Below, piece by piece: positions 1-8,793 of a DNA stretch of 24,000 nucleotides. The translations under genes and the position numbers were made by a program. The DNA is from Changchengzhania lutea. Its GTDB lineage: Bacteria; Bacteroidota; Bacteroidia; Flavobacteriales; Flavobacteriaceae. The stretch is taken from assembly GCF_006974145.1 (NCBI RefSeq), contig NZ_CP039456.1, positions 2,518,499-2,542,498 on the forward strand. The letters run 5' to 3'. Every line of letters begins with the position of its first letter. The stretch's first letter is position 1. Under the pieces are notes generated by a model. The model was not told the origin of the DNA, searched no databases, and worked only from the letters and a program-made list of their open reading frames with translations.

Positions 1-8
1 GTCTAAAA

Positions 9-1307
9 ATGTTTAACAATTTAAAGACGACAACTATGCGTACAACAAACACATTCTCCATCCTTTTTTGGGTAGACCAAAAAAAGGCAATCTTTAACTA
101 TGCTCTAATCTATGTTAGAGTAACAGTAAATAGTAGACGAGTAAACATTAGCACAAAAAGAAAAGTGCCTCTCGAAATTTGGGATGCTAAAAAGAAAAAA
201 GCTATTGGTAATACCTTTGAAGCTAGACAAATCAATTTGTATTTAGACCAAGTTCACTCGCAAATTTTTCAATGCTATCAAGATTTAATATTTAAGAATA
301 AATTAGTAACCGCCAAGTTAATAAAGGCGAATTATGTTGGAGAGGGTGAAAATGTAAAGACCCTTCAAAATATTATAGATTACCATACCAAAAAAGCTGA
401 AAGTACTCTAGCATTAGGAACTATTAGAAACTTTTCCGTTACAGAAAAGTACATTAAAAGATTTCTAAATAAAATCATTAAAACTTCAGATATTTATCTT
501 AATCAATTGGACTACAGGTTTATTTGCGATTTTGAACACTTTTTGCACACTTATTGGCCAAAAGGACATCAAAATGCCATGAGCCATAATACGGTTATGA
601 AACATATTCAACGCTTCCGTAAAATGGTAACTCTGGCATTTCATTTGGAATGGATAGAAAAAGATCCTTTCATTCGTTGGAAACCAACTTTTGAAAAAAG
701 AGAAAGGGAGTTTCTTTCTGCTAATGAACTTTCAAATTTAGAAACGTATAAGTTTCCAATCGAACGATTAGAAAGAGTAAGAGATTTATTTGTGTTTAGT
801 TGTTATACGGGGATTAGTTATGCTGATATCATAGCTTTAACCGAATCTAATATTATGATTGGTATCGATGGGTTAAATTGGATCATGACTAAACGGCAAA
901 AAACCAATACGCCAGTAAAAGTGCCTATACTAGATGCCGCCCAAGAACTTATTAATAAATATAGTAATCACCCTATGACATGTATTTCAGAAACTTTGTT
1001 TCCAGTAATTTCAAATGCAAAATTGAATTTGTATTTAAAGGAAATTGCTGATGCTTGTGGCATAAAAAAGAACCTTACCTTCCATATGGCACGACATACA
1101 TTTGCGACAACGGTTACATTAACCAATGGTGTTCCTATTGAAACTGTATCAAAACTATTAGGGCACACCAGAATAGCAACTACACAAATATATGCCAAGG
1201 TCATAGAAAGAAAAGTAAGTGAGGATATGCAATTTCTTAAATCTAAGCTTATAGCCGATAAGAATAATTTAAAATCAAACAAGTTTTTTAATGAAAAGCA
1301 CTCTTAA
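9..1307 (+). CDS. Tyrosine site-specific integrase (Bacteroidota-type, long N-terminal arm/SAM-like region plus catalytic domain)
   Basis: 432-aa ORF. The C-terminal catalytic motifs are HMARHTFAT and LLGHTRIATTQIYAKV (H-x-x-R ... H ... Y nucleophile). The N-terminal TFSILFW-type motif is typical of Bacteroidota integrases. The true start may be the ATG at 36 (MRTTNTFSILFW). Confidence 0.9.
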   Translation: MFNNLKTTTMRTTNTFSILFWVDQKKAIFNYALIYVRVTVNSRRVNISTKRKVPLEIWDAKKKKAIGNTFEARQINLYLDQVHSQIFQCYQDLIFKNKLVTAKLIKANYVGEGENVKTLQNIIDYHTKKAESTLALGTIRNFSVTEKYIKRFLNKIIKTSDIYLNQLDYRFICDFEHFLHTYWPKGHQNAMSHNTVMKHIQRFRKMVTLAFHLEWIEKDPFIRWKPTFEKREREFLSANELSNLETYKFPIERLERVRDLFVFSCYTGISYADIIALTESNIMIGIDGLNWIMTKRQKTNTPVKVPILDAAQELINKYSNHPMTCISETLFPVISNAKLNLYLKEIADACGIKKNLTFHMARHTFATTVTLTNGVPIETVSKLLGHTRIATTQIYAKVIERKVSEDMQFLKSKLIADKNNLKSNKFFNEKHS

Positions 1308-1586
1308 AAGAAAAGTTCAAAATTGTAACCAAAAATTAATCCATATTATAAATAAAATAAACAGCCAAGTTGTTGGGGTTTAATATTTTGCTAAAAATAT
1401 TACTATTTCCCACAATAAGATTGTTAAATTTGATTCTTAACCATATAACGACAGATTCAAAATCCATCATTAGTAATTGGTTTCTATCGAAACCATTTAT
1501 AAAATCCATAAAAATAGATGTTGGTTATCAGTACTTTAAGATACGTATTATATAGGTTTTATTAGTATTTTTTATGAGGAAGTTTT

Positions 1587-1733
1587 TGCGCAGTCTGACG
1601 GTCTTGTATATGGAAAGTTGCGGGTTTGTGTGCGAGGATTTTCCGAAGGAAAATCAGACGTAGCAAACGTGCAACGACCTTTGATTTAGCACAACACCAG
1701 CAATTTTTTATAGGACACTGTGTTGTGGTGCGT
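1587..1733. repeat. Palindromic element PE1 (long imperfect inverted arms plus central hairpin)
   Basis: Arm 1601-1621 (GTCTTGTATATGGAAAGTTGC) pairs with arm 1700-1716 (GCAATTTTTTATAGGAC), with four G:T wobbles on the plus strand and a 4-nt bulge. The central hairpin GATTTTCC-GAA-GGAAAATC is at 1637-1655. The right terminus is TGTGTTGTGGTGCG. The element ends 8 nt before the stop of the antitoxin gene. Confidence 0.55.
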
Positions 1734-1740
1734 TATTTTT

Positions 1741-2025
1741 TCAAGCTGACATTGGATTCACTTGAATTTGTCCTCCGATTGCTTTTAATACTTTCATAAT
1801 TGTCGCAAATTGAGGTTTCGCTCCATCAGATAATGCTTTGTATAAACTCGGTCTGCTTAATCCGGTTTCCTCCGCAATTTTTGTCATTCCGATTGCTTTC
1901 GCAATATGTCCGATTGCATTAATTATATCCGCATTATTTCCCTCTTCCAAAACAGTATTGAGATATTCCGCAATCATTTCTTTGCTGTCTAAATAATCTG
2001 CTATTTCAAATCTTGAAGTTCCCAT
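1741..2025 (-). CDS. Type II antitoxin, HigA-like HTH addiction-module antidote protein
   Basis: 94 aa. It carries the HTH segment MTKIAEETGLSRPSLYKALS characteristic of the addiction-module antidote family that lies downstream of RelE-like killers. It starts 4 nt after the toxin gene. Confidence 0.85.
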   Translation of the reverse strand: MGTSRFEIADYLDSKEMIAEYLNTVLEEGNNADIINAIGHIAKAIGMTKIAEETGLSRPSLYKALSDGAKPQFATIMKVLKAIGGQIQVNPMSA

Positions 2026-2028
2026 TTT

Positions 2029-2328
2029 CTATTTATTTAATTTTTTCCAAATTTCTTTCGCTTTTGCAATGTCTTTTTGCTGAGTAGATTTATCTCCACC
2101 AATAAGCAATACAATTACTTTTCCGTCTTTTTCTTTAAAGTAAACTCTGTAGCCTTTCGCAAAATTTATTCGCATTTCCCGAATTCCGTCGCCAACTGTT
2201 TTACAATCGCCAAAATGTTCGTCAGTTTCTAATTTTTGAATTCTGAACAAAATTTTCGCCTTTGCTTTAAAGTCTTTTAGCTTTCTTAGCCATTTGTCAA
2301 ATTCATTTGTTTTCTCAATAAAGAACAT
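2029..2328 (-). CDS. Type II toxin, RelE/ParE-superfamily addiction-module killer protein
   Basis: 99 aa. The size and sequence pattern (FDKWLRKL ... GIREMRINFAKGYRVYF ... LLIGGDKSTQQKDI) match the killer partner of the HigA-like antidote family. Toxin-first gene order is as in higBA. Confidence 0.85.
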   Translation of the reverse strand: MFFIEKTNEFDKWLRKLKDFKAKAKILFRIQKLETDEHFGDCKTVGDGIREMRINFAKGYRVYFKEKDGKVIVLLIGGDKSTQQKDIAKAKEIWKKLNK

Positions 2329-2333
2329 AAATA

Positions 2334-2353
2334 TTGTATCTACTTGGATACAA
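2334..2353. promoter_or_regulatory. Candidate TA operator palindrome TTGTATC-N6-GATACAA
   Basis: A perfect 7-bp inverted repeat (2334-2340 and 2347-2353) lies immediately upstream of the toxin start codon at 2328. Type II TA operons are usually autoregulated at such palindromes. Confidence 0.4.
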
Positions 2354-2420
2354 AGTTAAGAAAAATATTTGAATAAATTCAGTTCAGATTGAGTTTTTAG
2401 CAGAGTGAGTTTTAAAATGG

Positions 2421-2558
2421 TTGGCAACGTGTCCGTGTATGGTTTGTTGCGTGGTTTGGTAACTAATTTAGTAAATAATTACCGACCAAGAAAATCCGCG
2501 AGGATTTTCGCAAGTAAGTAAAAAGCCAGCAATAAATTATACGGTGTTACCAAACGTT
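2421..2558. repeat. Palindromic element PE2
   Basis: The left terminus is TTGGCAACGTGTCCGTGTATGG and the right terminus is ATTATACGGTGTTACCAAACG. The arms pair imperfectly. The central hairpin GAAAATCC-GCG-AGGATTTTC is at 2490-2509, and an additional hairpin GGTAACTAATTTA/TAAATAATTACC is at 2457-2484. Confidence 0.6.
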
Positions 2559-2580
2559 TGTATAGTCATTATTCGATTTA

Positions 2581-3453
2581 CTATTTGAGCCTGAGTGCTT
2601 CAATAAACCCAGCATCTACCCACATTAGTTTCTTGCCATTGGCATGAAACCGTGTAAAGAAAAAGTATTTCCCATCTGATGTCACACTGCCATAACCATC
2701 TGGGAGTTCTGTATTTATCTTATTCCCTAAATTAATTGCAGCGCCCCATGAACCATCTTCATGACGAAAACTAATATACATATCATTATTACCATATCCG
2801 CCTTCTCCTTCTCGGGCATCCCAGATCAAATAGGATTCATCCGGAGCTACGAATGGGTGGAATTTCCTTGTTCCAATATCAATGTCAAATGTTCTCGGTT
2901 TTTCACGTATGCCGTCTATTAATCGTGAATAACGAATAGTTCCTACTGCAGATGACTTATCATAAAAGGGTGACGAATCAAAATAGTAAGTCCCTTTAAA
3001 TGAAGTCGTAAGGCGCATAATGGGAATAGAATCAAACGGTTCGCCAAGGCTTTTCACCTCTGACCAACCAGAACTGGTTCGCTCTCTATACTCGTTTCCT
3101 ATGTGCATAATCTTACCGTCAGGAGAAATCTCGTCTTTGGGTACCACAAAAGACTCGGTCCATAGATTATCTTTATATTGAAAGGCAATCAACGAATGAT
3201 TTTTTAATTCCTCATCAGATCTGCGGAAATAAATTTCTTCTATATCGGGTGAAAAAGGGGTGTCTAGTTCACTGTGCGCTGTCGAAATAATACGGGGATC
3301 AAAAATTTCAGGAATCGAGCCTGGTGATTTTTGTCCAAAATATGGGCTTACTATAGTTGGTAAATCACCAGCTGTTGTATTCTGTTTTTTTGTATTGCAG
3401 GCATTTAAAAATTGCATCAATGCAAGCATCAAAATAAAATATGCTTTTTTCAT
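2581..3453 (-). CDS. Lipoprotein with TolB/PD40-like beta-propeller repeats (function unknown)
   Basis: 290 aa. The signal peptide has a lipobox (MKKAYFILMLALMQFLNAC). Motifs of the type SPDGK / APDESYL / TSDGKYFFF recur. Confidence 0.6.
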   Translation of the reverse strand: MKKAYFILMLALMQFLNACNTKKQNTTAGDLPTIVSPYFGQKSPGSIPEIFDPRIISTAHSELDTPFSPDIEEIYFRRSDEELKNHSLIAFQYKDNLWTESFVVPKDEISPDGKIMHIGNEYRERTSSGWSEVKSLGEPFDSIPIMRLTTSFKGTYYFDSSPFYDKSSAVGTIRYSRLIDGIREKPRTFDIDIGTRKFHPFVAPDESYLIWDAREGEGGYGNNDMYISFRHEDGSWGAAINLGNKINTELPDGYGSVTSDGKYFFFTRFHANGKKLMWVDAGFIEALRLK

Positions 3454-3474
3454 TTGTTTAAATTTTCTTAAGTG

Positions 3475-3506
3475 TTGGCAACATTGAATTTAAAAATGTT
3501 TGATAA
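3475..3506. repeat. Minimal PE-like hairpin (PE3): TTGGCAACATT-loop-AATGTTTGATAA
   Basis: It carries the same TTGGCAAC terminus as the long PEs, but the arms fold directly on each other. It lies between the esterase stop and the lipoprotein gene start. Confidence 0.35.
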
Positions 3507-3551
3507 CATTCCTACTTCGTTGTATTTGCTAAAAATAAATAGCTTTCACCA

Positions 3552-4376
3552 TTACTCCCCTTCTTTAAGCAAGCTGGCTAACCAATACATACTCCGGATT
3601 GCAGTCATAGGCATTGCTGTTTGATGGTTACCTTCAACCACAATATTTTGTAAGGTTAAACTCTCATCGTTTATGCTTTTAAGCATGGTAATAAATTTTT
3701 CGAAATGAGGGATATCTTCCCCCTCCAATATGCCATATGAAATAAAAACATTTGCGTTCAGTTTTTTTCGCTCTTCAGCTGTAGTAGACTCAATTTCATA
3801 AATTTTCTGTATAACTTCATGATCAACTCCAAGAGCTGGACTACCAAGAATGAAATTTTTAAAGGTATTGGGGTGTTTGGTTAATATGTAAGCACCAACT
3901 AAAGCACCAGCGGAATATCCAAAATAGGTACGTCTGTTAGCATCAGCCCGGTAGTTGCTTTCTACCATCTTAAAGGCATCGTTACTAAGAAAGTTCACAT
4001 AACTGTCCAAATTCCCAAAGTTTATTCCTTTTGACCAGGTAAGCCCAACTATAATAACGTCTTCTATCAGAATTTCAGAGACTGCAGATAATATCTCGAT
4101 ATGTTCTTTCGGAAAAGTAAAATAGATTACAGGGTATTCTAAATCTGTGTTTTTTTCATATCCTTTCGGTAGTTTTATGTAAAGTGTATTTAGTGTATCT
4201 GTTTCAGAATTACTGACCTGGATGACCTGAGTTCTGGGCATTTCATATGCCTTTGCTGTATTATCATTTGCAATACTTTCTTGAGCATAGACTGTGTTAA
4301 GAGATAAAACACATATCAATATTAATAATTTCGTTGTTTTCATGTTTTCTGTTTTCGTTAATGCATTTAATTTCAC
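3552..4376 (-). CDS. Secreted alpha/beta-hydrolase, putative esterase family
   Basis: 274 aa. It has an N-terminal signal-like segment, a nucleophile elbow G-Y-S-A-G (FGYSAGALVG) and a downstream GSPALG plus a histidine near the C-terminus. Confidence 0.65.
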   Translation of the reverse strand: MKLNALTKTENMKTTKLLILICVLSLNTVYAQESIANDNTAKAYEMPRTQVIQVSNSETDTLNTLYIKLPKGYEKNTDLEYPVIYFTFPKEHIEILSAVSEILIEDVIIVGLTWSKGINFGNLDSYVNFLSNDAFKMVESNYRADANRRTYFGYSAGALVGAYILTKHPNTFKNFILGSPALGVDHEVIQKIYEIESTTAEERKKLNANVFISYGILEGEDIPHFEKFITMLKSINDESLTLQNIVVEGNHQTAMPMTAIRSMYWLASLLKEGE

Positions 4377-4450
4377 CTTATTCTGTTGTAGAACGATTTT
4401 ACTATCATTTTATATTTCAAAAATGAAACTATATGGGCAGTAACTAAATT

Positions 4451-4486
4451 TTAATCTATGAAAGTGTATTGTTAATCTATGAAAGT
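4451..4486. promoter_or_regulatory. Tandem direct repeats TTAATCTATGAAAGT x2 at 21-bp period; candidate LytTR-regulator binding site
   Basis: Identical 15-mers occur at 4451-4465 and 4472-4486, about 75 bp upstream of the esterase start (4376) and just downstream of the LytTR regulator stop. A related pair lies at 6266-6297. Confidence 0.45.
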
Positions 4487-4495
4487 AAAATTTAG

Positions 4496-5176
4496 TTATT
4501 CTTTTAAGGAATCTAGGACATATGCTTTGAGCGTTTTGCCAATAGGGATTTTTAATTCGTCACTTAAATAAATAAGATTGCCATATACTTTTTTGATCTT
4601 ATTTATATTGACAATGTATGATCTATGTGGTTGTAAAAAATTAAACCCTTTTAATTTCTCATTCCAGTTTCTTAATGAGTCCAAGATGAGATATTCTCTT
4701 TTATTTGTAGCAATATTAATATAATCGGCTTCGCCTTTTATGAACAATATATCTTCAATTTGAATATTAAAGAATGTTTTATCGGTGTAGACAAACACAT
4801 TCTTTTTTGATTCATTTCTTTCTAGGGCTGCTTGATTTCTGATTCTATCTACTGCTTTAAAGAAGCGTTCGTACGAAAAAGGTTTGACTAAATAGTCAGT
4901 AACAGCTTCTTCAAAGGCCTCTATTGCGTAATTAGGATATGCGGTGGTTATAATTACCTTGGGAGGGTTTTTAAGTGTTTTCAAAAATGCAAGTCCACTT
5001 AATTCTGGTAATTGAATGTCTAAGAATAATAAATCTGTATTTTGAAGTGATGACAATGGAATATGCAGCCCACTTTCATACACACCTTTAGATGAAAGAA
5101 ACGGTGTTTTTTCTATATATTTTTGCAAAACCCGCTGTGCCGGTTTCTCATCTTCTAAAACAATACATTTAATCAT
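4496..5176 (-). CDS. LytTR-family two-component response regulator
   Basis: 226 aa. The N-terminal receiver domain (MIKCIVLEDE ... LLFLDIQLP ... K) is followed by a C-terminal LytTR DNA-binding domain (ILFIKGEADYINI ... HRSYIVNINKI). It overlaps the kinase gene by 4 nt. Confidence 0.9.
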   Translation of the reverse strand: MIKCIVLEDEKPAQRVLQKYIEKTPFLSSKGVYESGLHIPLSSLQNTDLLFLDIQLPELSGLAFLKTLKNPPKVIITTAYPNYAIEAFEEAVTDYLVKPFSYERFFKAVDRIRNQAALERNESKKNVFVYTDKTFFNIQIEDILFIKGEADYINIATNKREYLILDSLRNWNEKLKGFNFLQPHRSYIVNINKIKKVYGNLIYLSDELKIPIGKTLKAYVLDSLKE

Positions 5177-6201
5177 AATTTAATATGTAAATCTATCTTA
5201 AATTTATTATTTGAATGATCAATTATTAATTGATGGCTTTTTGGAAATAGTAATTCCAACCGTTTTTTTGTATTCTTAATACCAATTCCGCTTTCTACCC
5301 AATCCGAATCTATTTCTTTATCAGTATTTTCTACATAAGGATTTTCACAATTAAATATAAAATCATTCTTTAAAAGCCTTATTTTTATATTTAAATTATG
5401 ATTTATCCCGGTCATCATGCTTGAATATTTGAAGGCATTCTCAACAAAAGAAATAAGTAAAAGAGGTGGTATTAATTGATCATAATTGTCTATACTTTCT
5501 TTCCAATTTACATTTACTTTATTAGACAATCGCTCTTGCTGAAGATTGATATAGTCTTTTAAATGACGTACTTCTTTTTCTAAAGGAACTTTATTTTTTT
5601 GTCCTTCGTTTAAAACATATCTAAAATTATCAGCTAGCTTTAAAATCAACTCAGGTGTTTTCTCTTCTTTATCTAAAGCACTAGCATAAATGGTATTTAA
5701 TGTATTAAATAAAAAGTGCGGATTAATTTGCCCTTTTAGCAATCTCAATTGAGCCTTTTGTTCCTTACCTGATATTTCGTTAATCTCTTGCTGTTTTTTA
5801 TACAACTGTTTTATAGAAAATAACGCAAAAAATACCAGTCCAAATACTCCATCACTAATAAATCGAGTTGCATTCTTAATGATAGTCCTTTTATCTAAGG
5901 AAAAACCATTTTCTGGATGAAAAAAGTTATCTATATACATGTAAAGAACTATATTGAATACCACCAATAAGGAAAGGAGAATAAAATGATACCATTTTTG
6001 TTTAATTTTAAAAAACCACAGATATAGTATATATGCTGGTATCATATTAAAAATAAGCTCAGCTATATCGTGCCAAATACTATCTTTATACTCAAATCCC
6101 ATTGTTAGGGATAGCATTCTAGGATATATAAGAATTATACTCCAGAAAAGGATGTGTATAAGGGGTTCATACCTTAAAACTTTTTGATAGGTTTTATTCA
6201 T
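5173..6201 (-). CDS. Membrane sensor histidine kinase, LytS/YehU-type (partner of the LytTR regulator)
   Basis: 342 aa. Several N-terminal hydrophobic segments precede the H-box motif NPHFLFNTLNTI and a C-terminal ATPase-like region. Confidence 0.85.
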   Translation of the reverse strand: MNKTYQKVLRYEPLIHILFWSIILIYPRMLSLTMGFEYKDSIWHDIAELIFNMIPAYILYLWFFKIKQKWYHFILLSLLVVFNIVLYMYIDNFFHPENGFSLDKRTIIKNATRFISDGVFGLVFFALFSIKQLYKKQQEINEISGKEQKAQLRLLKGQINPHFLFNTLNTIYASALDKEEKTPELILKLADNFRYVLNEGQKNKVPLEKEVRHLKDYINLQQERLSNKVNVNWKESIDNYDQLIPPLLLISFVENAFKYSSMMTGINHNLNIKIRLLKNDFIFNCENPYVENTDKEIDSDWVESGIGIKNTKKRLELLFPKSHQLIIDHSNNKFKIDLHIKL

Positions 6202-6265
6202 TTAACTTTATAAATGTAATTTACACAACAAATTTGATTAATTATTATTTGCTTATAAAAAAAAT

Positions 6266-6297
6266 TCTATGAAAGTATTTAAAAAATCTTTAAACGT
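6266..6297. promoter_or_regulatory. Second pair of LytTR-box-like direct repeats (TCTATGAAAGT / TCTTTAAACGT, 21-bp period)
   Basis: The core TCTATGAAAGT at 6266-6276 is identical to the core of the 4451 repeats. An 8/11 match sits exactly 21 bp away at 6287-6297. Both lie 65-95 bp upstream of the kinase start (6201). Confidence 0.4.
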
Positions 6298-6594
6298 GAT
6301 GTTGGCCTTGAGACTAAATCTTACTTTCAAATTGGTAGTAATTTACTATAAATGATTACAGATCATAGGATTTTCTAGCTATCAGTTACAGAAACAGGAA
6401 AGTGACACCATGAGAGCATCTTTTTATTGAATCAATTTGACCCCAAATAAAACTAAATAAAATGAAAACCCATCATTTAAGTTTTTATAATGTTTGGTAA
6501 CGTTTTTGTATAAGAATAGCCCTTATGTTTGTAGTAGTCAATACGAAGTTTAGTATTTATCTTTCTATTTTAAAGAACTAAAGATAGGACAATT

Positions 6595-7062
6595 ATGGAA
6601 AAGGCATTTACAAAGTTAGATTATAGCGGACAAAATATTTATATTGGATTGGATACGCATTTAAAGAATTGGAAAGCTACCATACGAGTAGGCGATACCT
6701 TTTATAAGTCTTTCTCACAGGACCCAGAAGCTGTTATTTTATCAAAATATTTACATAAACACTTTCCTGGGGGTAATTATTACTCGGCTTATGAGGCTAG
6801 TTTTAGTGGCTTTAAAGCGCATCGTGAATTAACCAAATTAGGTATTTACAATATTGTGGTCAACCCAGCAGACATACCAACGACAGATAAAGAGCGTAAA
6901 CAAAAGGAAGACGCAAGAGATAGTCGAAAAATAGCTGAGCAATTGGCGGCATCAAATTTAGTGGGGATACACATTCCGGATATTGAGATAGAGGGCGATC
7001 GTTCACTACTGAGGTTCCGTAAAACATTGACCAAAGAAATTGCCAGGAACAAAGTTGCGTGA
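6595..7062 (+). pseudogene. IS110-family transposase, N-terminal (DEDD/RuvC-like) fragment only
   Basis: The 155 aa (IYIGLDTHLKNW ... NPADIP ... KTD ..DA) align with the first ~150 aa of the intact 351-aa IS110-family protein at 17529-18584. The C-terminal Transposase_20 part is absent. Confidence 0.8.
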
Positions 7063-7132
7063 TTTAAGCACTAAAGTTAGTAAATAAATCACAGATAGAA
7101 AGTCCGTGAGGGCTTTCGTAAATAGGCGAGAA

Positions 7133-8576
7133 CCCAATGTCATTAAGTTAAGGTTTTTCAAATGCTATCTTTCTGATTTTTAGTTATTTTTGGTTTGGTT
7201 CTAGTTCTATATTTAGCCAAATCTCTTTTAAATGACCGATTAGGTCTTATAGGAACCATGTTTTCCATAAATAGCTGTTTGAGTTCATTCAGCGGTTCTT
7301 CTATTGAGCTTTCGGTAAAAAATAATTCTACAACTCTATTTTTTAAAAAACCATAGGAGAGGTTTTTGTTAATTTTGTAATCTAATCTTCTTTGTTTATT
7401 CTTTTCTGCTATTTCATCTTCTAACTCACTGACAATTAGTCTTTGTATGTTACTAATAAATAGAGCTGCGTAAAAATCTTGTAGAATACTTTGTTTAGAG
7501 TATCCAGAAAAATGTTCTACTTTCAGTTTGTTTTTTAACTCGTCATAAAATGTTTCTACATTCCATCGTTTGTAATAAAGTGATTTAAATATGCTGTTGG
7601 GATAACTTTTAATATCGTACAAAGAGGTCATTAATATTTCAACCTGCCCTTTTGGTAGTTCTACTCTGATAAGCCTTACTTTGATAGGTTTTGATTTATC
7701 TAAACCTTTATCTGATTGTTTTATGTATATACCAGGACTTATGGTTACTATTTGAGACTTTTTTTTGCTTTTTTCAAAATTGATAATAAGTTTGCTAAAG
7801 CCTATCTGCACACGTATTACATAATCCAAATTATTGGTAATGTGATATTTGATAAAATCATATGATGGATATCCTCTATCGTAGAGTATTAAATCACCTT
7901 GCTTACAATGGGTTAAATGTGAGAGTGCCATAGCGCGTTCGCCTTGACTTACTGGCGCTAGTTCACCATCTATAACATAATTGTTTTCCAGATCATATAA
8001 AACAGAACATCTTGCTTGTACGATACTCGTTGTGGTATGGTTTTTTGTTTCCCCAAAATATGACTTTAGTTCTTTTGTTAGTGGTAAAGTAACCCGAGAA
8101 CCATCTACTGCCAACAGTCTAAATCCTTTCCAAGTTTTAATAGCGCACTCATTATCTGTATAAAACTCTTCTATTAAAGTATGTGAAAGATGTTTAAATA
8201 CTATAGGGCTTATTTTCTTTCGCGCTTGTACAAAAGCACTTTTGGTAAACTTTTGGGTTGGACTTATTTTTAAAAAACTTAAAAAATTTTCTAATTCAAG
8301 GGATAAACTTTTACGTAGCATATTCAACATAAGTAGTAAGATAGTAGAAAATTCTTGTTTTCGTTTACGTGTAAAGTCCTTTTCTGAAATTCTAAATTCA
8401 GTTTTTAATGTGTCATTGAATAATTCTGCTTTTAATTTCTTAAAAATTAAAATAGTAGTTTTTTTTCATCTTTATAATTGGTTGATTACCAATTAAATAT
8501 ACGAATAAATTTACAAAAAAACAAATTTAAACTACTGTGAATCAACTAATTAACACCTTAACTTAATGACATTGGG
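7133..8576 (-). mobile_element. IS4-family insertion sequence with perfect 22-bp terminal inverted repeats
   Basis: CCCAATGTCATTAAGTTAAGGT at 7133-7154 has an exact reverse complement at 8555-8576. A single DDE transposase gene lies inside. I see no clean target-site duplication. Confidence 0.85.
7158..8330 (-). CDS. IS4-family DDE transposase
   Basis: 390 aa. It has LLAVDGS (first D), YDRGY (second D region) and the Y-x2-R-x3-E-x6-K signature in YYKRWNVETFYDELK. Confidence 0.9.
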   Translation of the reverse strand: MLNMLRKSLSLELENFLSFLKISPTQKFTKSAFVQARKKISPIVFKHLSHTLIEEFYTDNECAIKTWKGFRLLAVDGSRVTLPLTKELKSYFGETKNHTTTSIVQARCSVLYDLENNYVIDGELAPVSQGERAMALSHLTHCKQGDLILYDRGYPSYDFIKYHITNNLDYVIRVQIGFSKLIINFEKSKKKSQIVTISPGIYIKQSDKGLDKSKPIKVRLIRVELPKGQVEILMTSLYDIKSYPNSIFKSLYYKRWNVETFYDELKNKLKVEHFSGYSKQSILQDFYAALFISNIQRLIVSELEDEIAEKNKQRRLDYKINKNLSYGFLKNRVVELFFTESSIEEPLNELKQLFMENMVPIRPNRSFKRDLAKYRTRTKPKITKNQKDSI

Positions 8577-8793
8577 CTAGAACTAGCAATTAATTTTATA
8601 CGGTGTTGAACGAATCCTCCCTACCGGTCGGAAGCCCATCTCCGAGTCTTCGAAGGGGAGTTCTTTTGTAAATATAATAGATTTATTAATTTGTATCTAA
8701 ATTTTAAAATGAATATTATGTTTAAAAAAAAGTAAAACCATTGCTGAACGCGCTTTTGATGAAGTTGCAGGTTTCAGTACCCTTCAAGACAAG

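Larger units (their letters stand above)
6494..8612. repeat. Palindromic element PE4, split by two IS insertions
   Basis: The left terminus/arm TTTGGTAACGTTTTTGTATAAGAATAGCC is at 6494-6523. The central hairpin GAAAGTCC-GTGA-GGGCTTTC is at 7098-7117. The right arm AGCAATTAATTTTATACGGTGTTGAACG (about 8585-8612) is near-identical to the PE2 right arm. The IS110 fragment and the IS4-family IS lie between these parts. Confidence 0.45.

Noticed and set aside
1370-1555. A 61-aa ORF lies downstream of the integrase.
   Set aside because: The DNA is extremely AT-rich, the translation is hydrophobic or low-complexity, and there is no ribosome-binding context or recognisable family. It is probably non-coding spacer.
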